Shown: one piece after another, positions 27,206-36,196 of the stretch
How the letters are laid out: each line of letters opens with the position of its first letter
Position numbering within the stretch: position 1 is the first letter of the stretch
Virus record (IMG/VR): IMGVR_UViG_3300025132_000021
Coordinates: 1 to 64,000 of that record
Source of the DNA: a virus
Direction: 5' to 3' (one strand)
Length of the DNA stretch: 64,000 bases
Position numbers and translations under genes: made by a program
Notes under the pieces: generated by a model
What the model was told of the DNA's origin: nothing
What the model saw: only the letters and a program-made list of their open reading frames with translations
Database searches by the model: none

Positions 27206-27237
27206 TTTTATATGAGTGAGCGCATATAGTTAAACTT

Positions 27238-27444
27238 ATGAACTGTCCTTTGTGCGGTTGGAAAGTCAAGCAAAAGCAAGAGTGGGAAGCCCACGGCTTG
27301 CTTTGTGGTATTTGGAGTTGTTCTGATTGTGAAACTACAATCACAGCACAAACTCCGCTACATAAGGTCAAAGAGTTTAATAAACGCTATCAAAAAGACA
27401 AAGGAGGTAAGAAAAGTGGGAAAACAAAGACTGGTTCTGATTGA
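27238..27444 (+). CDS. Small zinc-ribbon protein
   Basis: CPLC...CSDC; TTTATATG box upstream. Confidence 0.65.
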   Translation: MNCPLCGWKVKQKQEWEAHGLLCGIWSCSDCETTITAQTPLHKVKEFNKRYQKDKGGKKSGKTKTGSD

Positions 27445-28486
27445 TGCTGGATGGTTTGTGGGTCGCAACGCCCGCCATTGGAGTCGTAAAGGCTCAATGC
27501 GACGAGCGCATTACAAGTGGATTGTCAAACCTGCCAAGCCTAATGCCTATATGTTTGTTAAAGCCTGTCGTAAAACTGTCTTTAATGATTTTCAGTATCT
27601 TGATTTGAGAATGAGCCAATTGCGTGTATCACCCAAATATGGAAACGCCGAAGTTTTAGTTTGCTATGATGGTATTAAAGCCCGCCAGCGTCGTGGCTTA
27701 GTTCAAAGTTCTTACAAAGGAAACCGTGCTATCCTCACAGACACCAGTGTTTATGATGCTGAATCTTATGAGATTCACGACTTGCGAGAAGATTTTGCTA
27801 AGTGGAGTATCAATCCCATGCACCCCCGAAAAGGCTGGACAGGAGTTTATGATGATTACAAAGAAGCAGATGACTTGATTGCTGAAAAAGTTTTAGAAGC
27901 ATTTGAAGATGAAGAAGTAGAAGATATTGTTATCTTTACTGGTGATTCAGATTTACACCAAATCTATGCTTGGGATGTTCCCGAAGGTAAAACTTTGCGT
28001 ATTTCTAATGTTCAAGAAGTAATTAGTCCAGATTCAATAGAAGAATCAACAGGAGTAGAGTTGGCACAATTTGTAGATTGGAAATCTCTTAATGGAGATA
28101 CCAGCGACAACATTTCTGGAATCCCCGGTTTAGGTCCAGTCAAGGCAACTAAACTTATCACTGAATATGGCACATTAGATGCTATGCCCGAACATGAGTT
28201 TATTCGTTATGAAGTTATGGATTCACAATCTGTTTGCGATACGCTTAAAGAGTATCGTGAAGATAATGGCTTAAGCAATTATCGTGTAGAAAAGGACTAT
28301 GGTTATTTTTGGAAATCATTAGAAACTATGAAGCGTAAGTATCTGACTTACGATGAATACGCTTCCATTCAATCTTTGATTGACCCTTCTGATTTTGAGG
28401 AACGGAATTATCATTCTCTAATTCTAAGCAATCGTCATTTGATTCGCCTTCCATTTGAAATGTCGGAAACCCTAACGCTTGATTAA
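27416..28486 (+). CDS. 5'-3' exonuclease / flap endonuclease (PIN plus H3TH)
   Basis: LVLIDAG, YDG, YKGNR, EADDLI, TGDSDLHQ, GDTSDNISGIPGLGPVKA; GGAGGT SD before GTG 27416. Confidence 0.92.
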   Translation: MGKQRLVLIDAGWFVGRNARHWSRKGSMRRAHYKWIVKPAKPNAYMFVKACRKTVFNDFQYLDLRMSQLRVSPKYGNAEVLVCYDGIKARQRRGLVQSSYKGNRAILTDTSVYDAESYEIHDLREDFAKWSINPMHPRKGWTGVYDDYKEADDLIAEKVLEAFEDEEVEDIVIFTGDSDLHQIYAWDVPEGKTLRISNVQEVISPDSIEESTGVELAQFVDWKSLNGDTSDNISGIPGLGPVKATKLITEYGTLDAMPEHEFIRYEVMDSQSVCDTLKEYREDNGLSNYRVEKDYGYFWKSLETMKRKYLTYDEYASIQSLIDPSDFEERNYHSLILSNRHLIRLPFEMSETLTLD

Positions 28487-28895
28487 GCAAAGTGGGCAAC
28501 CAGTATTCTAAATCATTACAATCGTCAGGCGAAAGTCCGATATAGTAGTAATCTTCCATTTCTAAATAAGCATCTTCTTTCATGTTCTTTCGTTTCTGAT
28601 ATTTTGGGGCAGCATCTTTTACCCAGCCAGAAACCTGTTTCATTTGGCTGGGGGAGTAATCCAACCCCCAGTATTCAATAATGATGCTTTTATCAATACC
28701 AAGTTCAGGAGTGGGTAAGATAACCCAATCAGGCACGATGCGTTTTTCACCCAACCAAAAAACAGGTTCATAAACATAATTTAACTTTTGCTTAAAGAAC
28801 CAATTATCAATTTTGGCTTCGGAATAACTTTGCACCCAATATCCTGCTTTTGTTTTAGTTCTTTTTGATTGGTTTTTTCGGTGGCGTTTCGCCAT
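28326..28895 (-). CDS. PD-(D/E)xK-like nuclease
   Basis: VQSYSEAKIDNW..YVYEP..VPDW..IIEYWG; TTAAATAG promoter; 3' end overlaps the exonuclease gene by about 160 nt. Confidence 0.7.
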   Translation of the reverse strand: MAKRHRKNQSKRTKTKAGYWVQSYSEAKIDNWFFKQKLNYVYEPVFWLGEKRIVPDWVILPTPELGIDKSIIIEYWGLDYSPSQMKQVSGWVKDAAPKYQKRKNMKEDAYLEMEDYYYIGLSPDDCNDLEYWLPTLLNQALGFPTFQMEGESNDDCLELENDNSVPQNQKGQSKIEWKRIHRKSDTYAS

Positions 28896-28959
28896 AATCC
28901 TACTTAGTTTGCACGACTATTTAATCTCTTTGGCTTTCAGTATTGCCCTTAGCCAAAAC

Positions 28960-28970
28960 TTTAAGTATCG
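28960..28970 (+). promoter_or_regulatory. TTTAAGTATCG promoter box
   Basis: 31 nt before ATG 28991. Confidence 0.75.
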
Positions 28971-28990
28971 GCTCAACCAATGTTATATTT

Positions 28991-29437
28991 ATGCGTCGTA
29001 GGATTCTTGTTCCCATCCGAGATGACCCAGAGCCTACCGAAGACGAAGCCCGTTTAGGATTATTAAATTGGTTGTCTCAACCCAGAGTGATTTCTTCACC
29101 AGAAGACACCCAATTACTTAGTATTTTTGCCGCCCGCAATATAGCCCCTAATGGCCGAGCCAGCATGGTTCATCCTTACAAAACCTGTTATGCTAATGTA
29201 GATGAGGCTAAATCTGAATTAGTAGTCCTTTTTTATGATTATTTTACCAAATATCTTTCCGAACTGGGTGCTACACTTGAAGATTTTTCATGGAGTTATG
29301 ATTCATCAGGTAATTTGCAGTTAAAATACGAAGAAGACACACCCGGAAACTCGGTCTTAGCAGCAATTCAATTACAAGACGCAGAAGTTTCTTTTGAATC
29401 AGTTATGGAAGCCATCACAGAATCTTTGATTCCTTGA
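28991..29437 (+). CDS. Hypothetical protein
   Basis: Start set by promoter spacing. Confidence 0.65.
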   Translation: MRRRILVPIRDDPEPTEDEARLGLLNWLSQPRVISSPEDTQLLSIFAARNIAPNGRASMVHPYKTCYANVDEAKSELVVLFYDYFTKYLSELGATLEDFSWSYDSSGNLQLKYEEDTPGNSVLAAIQLQDAEVSFESVMEAITESLIP

Positions 29438-29473
29438 AATCTTTTAAGTAGGTCGTCCGTATTAGGTGATATT

Positions 29474-29794
29474 ATGAAGAGTTTTGAGATTTCAGAAGAA
29501 GATTTACAAAATTGTATTGATTTAGTAGGACCGCAAGGTGAAGGACTACGAATGCCGTATCATATTTTAACCCAAATGCTTCAGATGGGGCAACAACACC
29601 GAGACTCATGGAGAGTTATTTTACATAATGGCGACCATGAAGCAGAAGTTTCGGAAACTTATGCAGATTATTTAGACCGCAAAGCCTGTGGCGAAGAAGT
29701 TTGGTTTGACCCAGATGCCAACGGCGGAGAGGGCGAAGTTTTGTTTGAGAAACCAGAAGTTGATAACCATGAACCCACCAGCGAAGAAAATTGA
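29474..29794 (+). CDS. Hypothetical acidic protein
   Basis: TTTAAGTAG at 29443; AGGTGA SD-like. Confidence 0.65.
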   Translation: MKSFEISEEDLQNCIDLVGPQGEGLRMPYHILTQMLQMGQQHRDSWRVILHNGDHEAEVSETYADYLDRKACGEEVWFDPDANGGEGEVLFEKPEVDNHEPTSEEN

Positions 29795-29909
29795 TTGCCC
29801 TGCCTGTTCGTCGCCTTACAACCGATATTCTTTGGTTCTAAGAGAAGACCGAAATGGACATTTTTATGAATGCAATTGTGGTTATTGTGTTATCTTGCGT
29901 AAGTCTTAA
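29769..29909 (+). CDS. Small zinc-ribbon protein
   Basis: CPAC...FYECNCGY. Confidence 0.55.
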   Translation: MNPPAKKIDCPACSSPYNRYSLVLREDRNGHFYECNCGYCVILRKS

Positions 29910-29949
29910 ACTTAATAACAGTATTGTTGCTTAGGTAAATTGACCCGCC

Positions 29950-30339
29950 ATGAAATACACACGCTTGGCAAGGCGGGCTGCTGCGAAGTCCGATTGTTAT
30001 ATTGGAATGTCAGCCATTTTGGTTCGTGGAGGTCGTATCATAGCCCTTGGCAATAATACCGTGGGTTATCGTGGTGCATCACTTCATGCCGAGCGAGATG
30101 CTTTGCGACAAGTTCAACGACAGAAAAACCGAGCCGAAGGTGCGGATATGTATGTGTTCCGATTTGGTGCAGACGGCCACAATCGTCATTCCAAACCCTG
30201 TCGTCATTGTTATGATGCCATGCAAGAAGCAGGAGTTTCCAGAGTTTTCTATTACGATGAGCAAGGTTCACAAAAAGTTATTAAACTTCGTGATGCAGAC
30301 CCCGATGAGTTTTATCTTACTGCCCGAAACTTGCCTTAA
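29950..30339 (+). CDS. Cytidine/dCMP deaminase family protein
   Basis: HAE...PCRHC zinc deaminase motifs. Confidence 0.88.
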   Translation: MKYTRLARRAAAKSDCYIGMSAILVRGGRIIALGNNTVGYRGASLHAERDALRQVQRQKNRAEGADMYVFRFGADGHNRHSKPCRHCYDAMQEAGVSRVFYYDEQGSQKVIKLRDADPDEFYLTARNLP

Positions 30340-30370
30340 CTTCAAATAGGTGCTAACACTTATTCTAACT

Positions 30371-31075
30371 ATGGCGAGAGTTATTGTAGATGCTCACGAG
30401 CATGGTCGGATTAAGGCTATGGCCGAGATGATACTAAATGCAGAAGTAGAACCCTTAGCAGTGGGAGATTTTAGAGTAGAGGGTCAAGGCTTTGAAGAAC
30501 AACCAATTGCAGTAGTAGTTGAGCGTAAAACATGGTCAGACGCTTATGGAAGTTTTAATTCTAAGCGACTTCAAAATCAAATCTCTCGTTTAATTGAGGC
30601 AGCCGTTGATTCTAATGTTCGGCCAGTTTTACTGGTAGAAGGTTCAACCAGAGATATTTATGGAGTCAATGCTGACCGTATTCGTTCACTTCAACAACAC
30701 CTTAACCGTCTTTCAGTAGAATCTGTTCCCGTAGTCTACACAGAATCTATTGATGAAACTTTCCGTTATCTCAACTCGGTAGTTCACCGAGTCAAGTCTA
30801 AAGAGTTTGGTTCATTAGTTAGACCAGTCACAGTAGTCACTTCTTCTCGCAACAAACATCATGCTATGTTAGAACAAATGCCTAAAGTTGGACGCACAAT
30901 GGGTAAGAAAATCTATGATGAATATGCTTCATTAGTAGATTTTGTGAATCGTTTTGAATCTGACCCCGTAATTGGTTCTCATACCAAAGCCTATCAAGCC
31001 ATTGTTGATTTCCTCAACACAGAATGGGGAGAATCTAAATCTGAAACCATTACTAAATTGGAGGCGAGTGAATGA
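30371..31075 (+). CDS. XPF/ERCC4 (Mus81-like) structure-specific nuclease with HhH
   Basis: VDAHE, VGDF, VVERKTWSD, LLVEG, MPKVG HhH. Confidence 0.9.
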   Translation: MARVIVDAHEHGRIKAMAEMILNAEVEPLAVGDFRVEGQGFEEQPIAVVVERKTWSDAYGSFNSKRLQNQISRLIEAAVDSNVRPVLLVEGSTRDIYGVNADRIRSLQQHLNRLSVESVPVVYTESIDETFRYLNSVVHRVKSKEFGSLVRPVTVVTSSRNKHHAMLEQMPKVGRTMGKKIYDEYASLVDFVNRFESDPVIGSHTKAYQAIVDFLNTEWGESKSETITKLEASE

Positions 31076-31809
31076 AATTAGAAGCCCGTCTATCAGTGCC
31101 AGTCATTAAAAACTTAATTTCTACTTTAGAGAAAATTGCTGAAGAAGCAGTGTTTCGTTTTTCACCTGCTGGACTCAAAGTAAATATAGTGTGCGCTAAC
31201 CGTTTCAAAATGGTTGATGCGTGGCTTCAACCCGCCGCTTTTGCCTCGTATGATTGCGAAGGAGATATTGAACTCGGAGTAGTTATTGACCGTATCAAAG
31301 ATATTACCAAAACTTTGACTACTAAAGATGAACTTTTGATTACTTATGAAGATGGTAAGTTTTGTTTAGTGGCTAATGGCATTCGCCGTGTCATCAAATT
31401 ACTTCGTTTAGAATACATGAACAAATTAACAGGAGTTCCTGATTTTGATTACACTTACACTTTGAATACCAGTTCCAAAGAGGTTAGAGATTACTTGAAA
31501 ACATTAGGCAAGACAGTTGCCTTTGATAGTATAGTCCGAAAAAATACCGACCTTGAGATTGTTTGGTTATCTAAAAATGATGAAGAACCGATTGAATGGA
31601 AACCTGATTTAACTTCCGAAGATAGAACTGCTACTTTTAGTGATGTATCAGTAACTACCTTTACGACTGATGAAGTGTTATCATCTGTCGCCGCTACTAT
31701 TCGCTCGCAACCTATTTTGATACAAGGAGGCCAAGAGATACCTATGCGTTTTGATTGGCAACCTTATGACGGTGTTAGGATAATTAGTATTGTAGCGAAC
31801 CGAAGGTGA
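31072..31809 (+). CDS. pcn: PCNA sliding clamp (divergent)
   Basis: 245 aa; EEAVFRFSPAGL...MVDAWL...FASYDCE..IELGV; C-terminal IVANR equivalent to LAPR. Confidence 0.85.
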   Translation: MKLEARLSVPVIKNLISTLEKIAEEAVFRFSPAGLKVNIVCANRFKMVDAWLQPAAFASYDCEGDIELGVVIDRIKDITKTLTTKDELLITYEDGKFCLVANGIRRVIKLLRLEYMNKLTGVPDFDYTYTLNTSSKEVRDYLKTLGKTVAFDSIVRKNTDLEIVWLSKNDEEPIEWKPDLTSEDRTATFSDVSVTTFTTDEVLSSVAATIRSQPILIQGGQEIPMRFDWQPYDGVRIISIVANRR

Positions 31810-32030
31810 TGAGAATGACACGAACAAAACCAACCAATTATGAAGCCGCTAAACGCATGGTTTCAGTAGGCGAGAAAGTAACGGCAGAAAACATGGTCAC
31901 GAGATTGATTGAATCTCGTCGTAGAGAAATCCCAACCAAGCGAAGTTTGTCGGCAAAAATGAAGAAAGACCCTGATTTTGTAACTATCGGTGCAAACCGA
32001 GGACCTACAATCTTTCAGAGGATTTCGTGA
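31809..32030 (+). CDS. Small basic winged-HTH-like protein
   Basis: VTAENMV..IPTKRSLSAKMKKDPDF. Confidence 0.6.
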   Translation: MRMTRTKPTNYEAAKRMVSVGEKVTAENMVTRLIESRRREIPTKRSLSAKMKKDPDFVTIGANRGPTIFQRIS

Positions 32031-32122
32031 TTGTGCGTAGCCTCGCACAAGACCAAAAATAGACCGCAGCAAAGCATTAAGTAGTAGAGTTAATCATGCA
32101 ATAAATTGTTGGAGGAATCATT

Positions 32123-34153
32123 ATGACAAATACAAACACAGATACAAATAGATTTACACTTTCAGATAATTTCGTAACTAAATACAAGAGGAAAAAAGCA
32201 CCTTTTGGATTCAACGGATTAGGAGAGTTAGTTTATCATAGAACCTATTCTCGTATGAAGCCAGATGGTAAAAACGAACAATGGTGGGAAACAGTTCAAC
32301 GAGTTGTAGAAGGCACATTCAATATGCAAAAGCGACACATTGATGCACATGGTTTGGGTTGGAATGCTTGGAAAGCCCAACACTCGGCACAACAAATGTA
32401 TGACCGTATCTTTAACATGAAGTTCCTTCCACCGGGTCGTGGACTATGGGCTATGGGAACACCAATCACTGAAGAAAAGAAACTTTTCGCAGCCCTGAAC
32501 AACTGTGCTTTCGTATCTACTGAAAACTTCAAAGGTGAGTTCTCCTCGCCTTTTTGTTTCTTGATGGATGCTTCTATGCTGGGTGTTGGAGTAGGTTTTG
32601 ATACCAAAGGTGCTGGCACTTTAATTCTCAAAGGTCCAAACGAACAACGCCGTAGTGAACTATATGAAATCCCTGACACTCGTGAAGGCTGGGTAGAGTC
32701 CCTCCGACTATTGTTAGATTCCTATGCTCAAGGCACAGGAGAAATTGAGTTTGACTATTCAGCAATCCGTCCAATGGGAGTTCCTATTCGTGGATTCGGT
32801 GGTGAATCATCAGGACCAGAACCCTTGATTGAACTGCACCAAACAGTTCGTTCTATTCTTCTTCACGAAATTGGCAAACCAATTTCACTCACTGCTATTG
32901 TAGACATTATGAATCTAATTGGCAAGTGCGTAGTTGCTGGAAATGTGCGACGCACAGCAGAAATTGTCTTTGGAGAGCCAGATTCAGAAGAATACCTTGA
33001 CCTTAAGAATTATGAGGTCAATCCCCACCGAGCCGAATATGGTTGGACTTCTAACAACTCTATTTTCGCAGAGGTTGGAATGAATTATGAACCTGCTGCC
33101 GAGCGTGTTCGCTACAATGGTGAACCCGGTTTTGCATGGCTTCACAATATGAAAGCCTATGGCCGAATGGCAGATGCCCCAAATTGGAAAGACCGCCGAG
33201 CCACAGGTGGTAATCCTTGTTTGGAACAAACTTTAGAATCCTATGAACTTTGTTGTTTGGTAGAAACTTTCCCTAACAACCACGATTCAGTAGAAGATTA
33301 TTTGGAAACTTTGAAATATGCTTATCTTTATGCTAAGACCGTAACTTTGGGGCAAACCCATTGGCCTGAAACCAACCGAGTTATGCTTAGAAATCGTAGA
33401 ATTGGTTGTTCCATGTCAGGTATTGCCCAATTTGTTGCTAACAAAGGATTAGGAGAACTACAAGCATGGATGGATAAAGGCTATGCCCACATTCAAAAAC
33501 TTGATGAAAACTATTCTGATTGGATGGCTATTCCTCGTTCTATCAAAACTACTTCTATCAAACCATCAGGAACAGTTTCTCTTTTGGCAGGTGCTACACC
33601 GGGTATTCACTTCCCCGAATCCAGATACTACATTCGTCGTATGAGATTGGGCGTAGGTTCAAATCTCGTTCCAGCCCTTGAGAAAGCAGGATACAAACTT
33701 GAACCTGCTTTTGGTTCAGAAGAAACTACTTTGGTAGTTGAAATCCCTGTTGATGTAGGAGAAGGTGTTAAAACTCTTGATAATGTTTCTATGTGGGAAC
33801 AACTTGGTATGGCATCTTTGGCACAACGCTATTGGGCAGATAATCAAGTATCTTGCACCGTAACTTTTGACCCAGAATCAGAAGGCTCTCAAATTGCGGC
33901 GGCTCTTGACCAATTCCAATATCAACTCAAAGGTATTTCTTTCTTGCCCCGATTAGACTTGGGTGCATATCCACAAATGCCTTATGAATCTATTGATGAA
34001 TCTACTTACCATGAAATGAAAGCACAACTTGGAAAACTTTCTTTTGGTCGTATCAAGGGTGAAGAAATCGTCGTAGAGCGTTTCTGCGATAATGATGTTT
34101 GCGAAATTGATTTTAACCCCGTAGATAATGAAGAAGTTAATGCTCAACTATAA
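32123..34153 (+). CDS. nrdJ: Class II (B12-dependent) monomeric ribonucleoside-triphosphate reductase
   Basis: FLPPGRGLW, LNNCAF, GNVRRTA, NPCLEQ, TSIKPSGTVS, C-terminal FCDNDVC. Confidence 0.96.
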   Translation: MTNTNTDTNRFTLSDNFVTKYKRKKAPFGFNGLGELVYHRTYSRMKPDGKNEQWWETVQRVVEGTFNMQKRHIDAHGLGWNAWKAQHSAQQMYDRIFNMKFLPPGRGLWAMGTPITEEKKLFAALNNCAFVSTENFKGEFSSPFCFLMDASMLGVGVGFDTKGAGTLILKGPNEQRRSELYEIPDTREGWVESLRLLLDSYAQGTGEIEFDYSAIRPMGVPIRGFGGESSGPEPLIELHQTVRSILLHEIGKPISLTAIVDIMNLIGKCVVAGNVRRTAEIVFGEPDSEEYLDLKNYEVNPHRAEYGWTSNNSIFAEVGMNYEPAAERVRYNGEPGFAWLHNMKAYGRMADAPNWKDRRATGGNPCLEQTLESYELCCLVETFPNNHDSVEDYLETLKYAYLYAKTVTLGQTHWPETNRVMLRNRRIGCSMSGIAQFVANKGLGELQAWMDKGYAHIQKLDENYSDWMAIPRSIKTTSIKPSGTVSLLAGATPGIHFPESRYYIRRMRLGVGSNLVPALEKAGYKLEPAFGSEETTLVVEIPVDVGEGVKTLDNVSMWEQLGMASLAQRYWADNQVSCTVTFDPESEGSQIAAALDQFQYQLKGISFLPRLDLGAYPQMPYESIDESTYHEMKAQLGKLSFGRIKGEEIVVERFCDNDVCEIDFNPVDNEEVNAQL

Positions 34154-34157
34154 GTAG
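34149..34157 (+). promoter_or_regulatory. TATAAGTAG box overlapping the nrdJ stop codon
   Basis: Exactly 30 nt before first base of the sRNA stem. Confidence 0.65.
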
Positions 34158-34178
34158 TTGAAGCATACTAATACTAAT

Positions 34179-34258
34179 TGGAGCCAACATCAAACACTAA
34201 CCGTTCTCGCCTTCCTCACCAACGGTTCTTCCCTCACCTCTCTTGGTGTCTGGCTCCA
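34179..34258 (+). ncRNA. 80-nt small RNA with pyrimidine-rich anti-SD-like loops
   Basis: 15-bp terminal stem 34179-34193/34243-34258 (bulged C, one G-U); inner stem AACCGTT/AACGGTT; loops CTCGCCTTCCTCACC and CTTCCCTCACCTCTC. Confidence 0.7.
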
Positions 34259-34292
34259 CCATCTATTCCAATAAGCCTAAGCCTTGCCAATC

Positions 34293-34303
34293 TTTAAGTA
34301 TCA
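34293..34303 (+). promoter_or_regulatory. TTTAAGTATCA promoter box
   Basis: 30 nt before ATG 34323. Confidence 0.8.
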
Positions 34304-34322
34304 GTTCTGCATTAGACTATTT

Positions 34323-35000
34323 ATGGTGCTTGAGTTTTATCCCATAGAGTTTGATGATGACTCGGTAGGATTCGTAGCAGTAGAGTCAGAGTTTGAACCT
34401 TGGTTAATTGCAGCCGTAGGTGTTGGTTTTGAAGATATGAGTTATTCTGTTCTTGAAGAAGACGATGATGGCTTAGTAGAATTGATTATTGACGGGGACG
34501 ATTTTGACAACCTTCAAGATTTGTATGCAGAATATCAAACCTATGGTTGGGCAGTTATTGATGACGATGATTATGCAGAATGGGCTGAAGCCTTTTCAGC
34601 CGAACAAATGAGTGATGAAGATTATCTCTTAATGATTATAGAGTTTGATGAGAAAAATCCACAACCTGCGAAACCTTATCATATAAAGTCAAGTCTTTAC
34701 GAAGATGGCACAGTCCCTTCAATGGCATTCTTTTTGGGTGGGAAAACGGTCAATCCAAAAGTAATGCTCAAAGCAATTAGAGAAGGCAGAGTTGCTCGCC
34801 TCAATCGTAATGCCGACACCAAAGGCTACTATCGTGGAATCAATCTTGACCGCTTTTCTGGTAATAAATCTAACCGCCGAAACTTTTCACAAACTCGTCG
34901 TAATCTTAAGAAAGATATGTTCGGTTCAGTATCCCTCGGCAGCATCCTCACAGGTGTTGCAGCCCTCGGAACAATTTTGTATCTGGTTAATAGGAAGTGA
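34323..35000 (+). CDS. Tail-anchored modular protein (acidic module / FSAE / basic module / TM)
   Basis: C-terminal TM LGSILTGVAALGTILYLVNRK. Confidence 0.7.
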   Translation: MVLEFYPIEFDDDSVGFVAVESEFEPWLIAAVGVGFEDMSYSVLEEDDDGLVELIIDGDDFDNLQDLYAEYQTYGWAVIDDDDYAEWAEAFSAEQMSDEDYLLMIIEFDEKNPQPAKPYHIKSSLYEDGTVPSMAFFLGGKTVNPKVMLKAIREGRVARLNRNADTKGYYRGINLDRFSGNKSNRRNFSQTRRNLKKDMFGSVSLGSILTGVAALGTILYLVNRK

Positions 35001-35144
35001 ATAAATGCAACATTTGGAAATCTTACTGAACTCCGCCCATCAACGCACCTCACACATTAACTTTTTAATGAATCATACTTCTGAAAAATTAACTCATTTA
35101 CAATCTAAGGCACAAGCCTTGATTGCACACTTAACCCAGTAAGT

Positions 35145-35155
35145 TTTAAGTATCA
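35145..35155 (+). promoter_or_regulatory. TTTAAGTATCA promoter box
   Basis: 30 nt before ATG 35175. Confidence 0.8.
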
Positions 35156-35174
35156 ATAGTGTTTATGTTATTAC

Positions 35175-35486
35175 ATGGACAAAGATTTAGAATCCTTTAC
35201 TAAGGATTTGATGTTGTTAATCAACGCTTTCATTACCGATACAGGAGAGATGAAAGAAGTCTTAGCCAGACTCACAGAACAAATGGATACTTTAGAAAAA
35301 GATGTTGGCTACATGAACAAAGTGGTTCGTGATGGCAACGGTCGTCCACCACTAATGACTCGGTTAGAAGTTTTAGAAGAAAAGATTAACACCCTCAAAG
35401 AAACCACTAATCGTTGGTGGCAAGTTTGGGTAGCCGCAGTTCCCGGTTTGTTAGCCTTGCTTACAACTGGTGCAGTGGTGATGTGA
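35175..35486 (+). CDS. Coiled-coil protein with C-terminal TM (holin/XhlA-like architecture)
   Basis: LARLTEQMDTLE..GNGRPPLMTRLEVLEE; TM at C terminus. Confidence 0.65.
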   Translation: MDKDLESFTKDLMLLINAFITDTGEMKEVLARLTEQMDTLEKDVGYMNKVVRDGNGRPPLMTRLEVLEEKINTLKETTNRWWQVWVAAVPGLLALLTTGAVVM

Positions 35487-35487
35487 T

Positions 35488-35682
35488 GTGGAACCATGCC
35501 CTTGTGAGCGTGGATTTATCAAAGGACGCTTACGAGGTGTAGATTTACAAATCCTCCCCGCACCCCTCCTTGATTGTGCCGCCTGTGAAGGAAATTATGA
35601 TTTCAAATTAGTGATGTGCCGAGACCCATGGGAAGGCAACTATTGGTATGAATGGCGGCTAATTCCTGCGCCCGGGACTTGA
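35488..35682 (+). CDS. Small Cys-containing protein
   Basis: CPC...CAAC; GGTGA SD. Confidence 0.5.
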   Translation: MEPCPCERGFIKGRLRGVDLQILPAPLLDCAACEGNYDFKLVMCRDPWEGNYWYEWRLIPAPGT

Positions 35683-35690
35683 AGACAAGT

Positions 35691-35701
35691 TTTAAGTATC
35701 A
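35691..35701 (+). promoter_or_regulatory. TTTAAGTATCA promoter box
   Basis: 30 nt before ATG 35721. Confidence 0.8.
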
Positions 35702-35720
35702 GAACAGTCAAGGATAGTAT

Positions 35721-36170
35721 ATGCCTTATTCCGACCCTGCTAAGAAAAAAGCCTATCAAGATGCTTACAATAAAAGATATTATGAAACTTACAAAGATGC
35801 GAAGAATCTGGTTGGCAAAGCCACTGATTCTAAATCACAACTACGCCAAAAGAAAAAACTTTGGTTAATTCATAAGTTAGGAAACAAATGTGAACTTTGT
35901 GGCATTCAAGAGCCAGAAGTATTACAAGTTAAAACCACCAATAAAACACCTGTGCAAAAGTGGAATAATAACTATTACAAATCTATTTATGATTATTCTT
36001 GGGACAATTTGGAAACTTTACATCATTCTCTTAAGATTACTTGTGATGTTTGCTTACAAAAGAACCTCAAATCTACTAAGAAAACTTTGCAGACATTGTT
36101 TGAAGAAACAGAAGACCTTCCCAGAGGTTATTCCCTTGATGAAGATTTAGAACCAGAGACTAATCTTTAA
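35721..36170 (+). CDS. HNH-like treble-clef protein, catalytic His apparently lost
   Basis: LGNKCELCG...LKITCDVC; basic N-terminal helix. Confidence 0.55.
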   Translation: MPYSDPAKKKAYQDAYNKRYYETYKDAKNLVGKATDSKSQLRQKKKLWLIHKLGNKCELCGIQEPEVLQVKTTNKTPVQKWNNNYYKSIYDYSWDNLETLHHSLKITCDVCLQKNLKSTKKTLQTLFEETEDLPRGYSLDEDLEPETNL

Positions 36171-36176
36171 GTATCA
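36166..36176 (+). promoter_or_regulatory. TTTAAGTATCA promoter box
   Basis: 31 nt before ATG 36197. Confidence 0.8.
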
Positions 36177-36196
36177 GAGCAAACTAAGTGATAATA

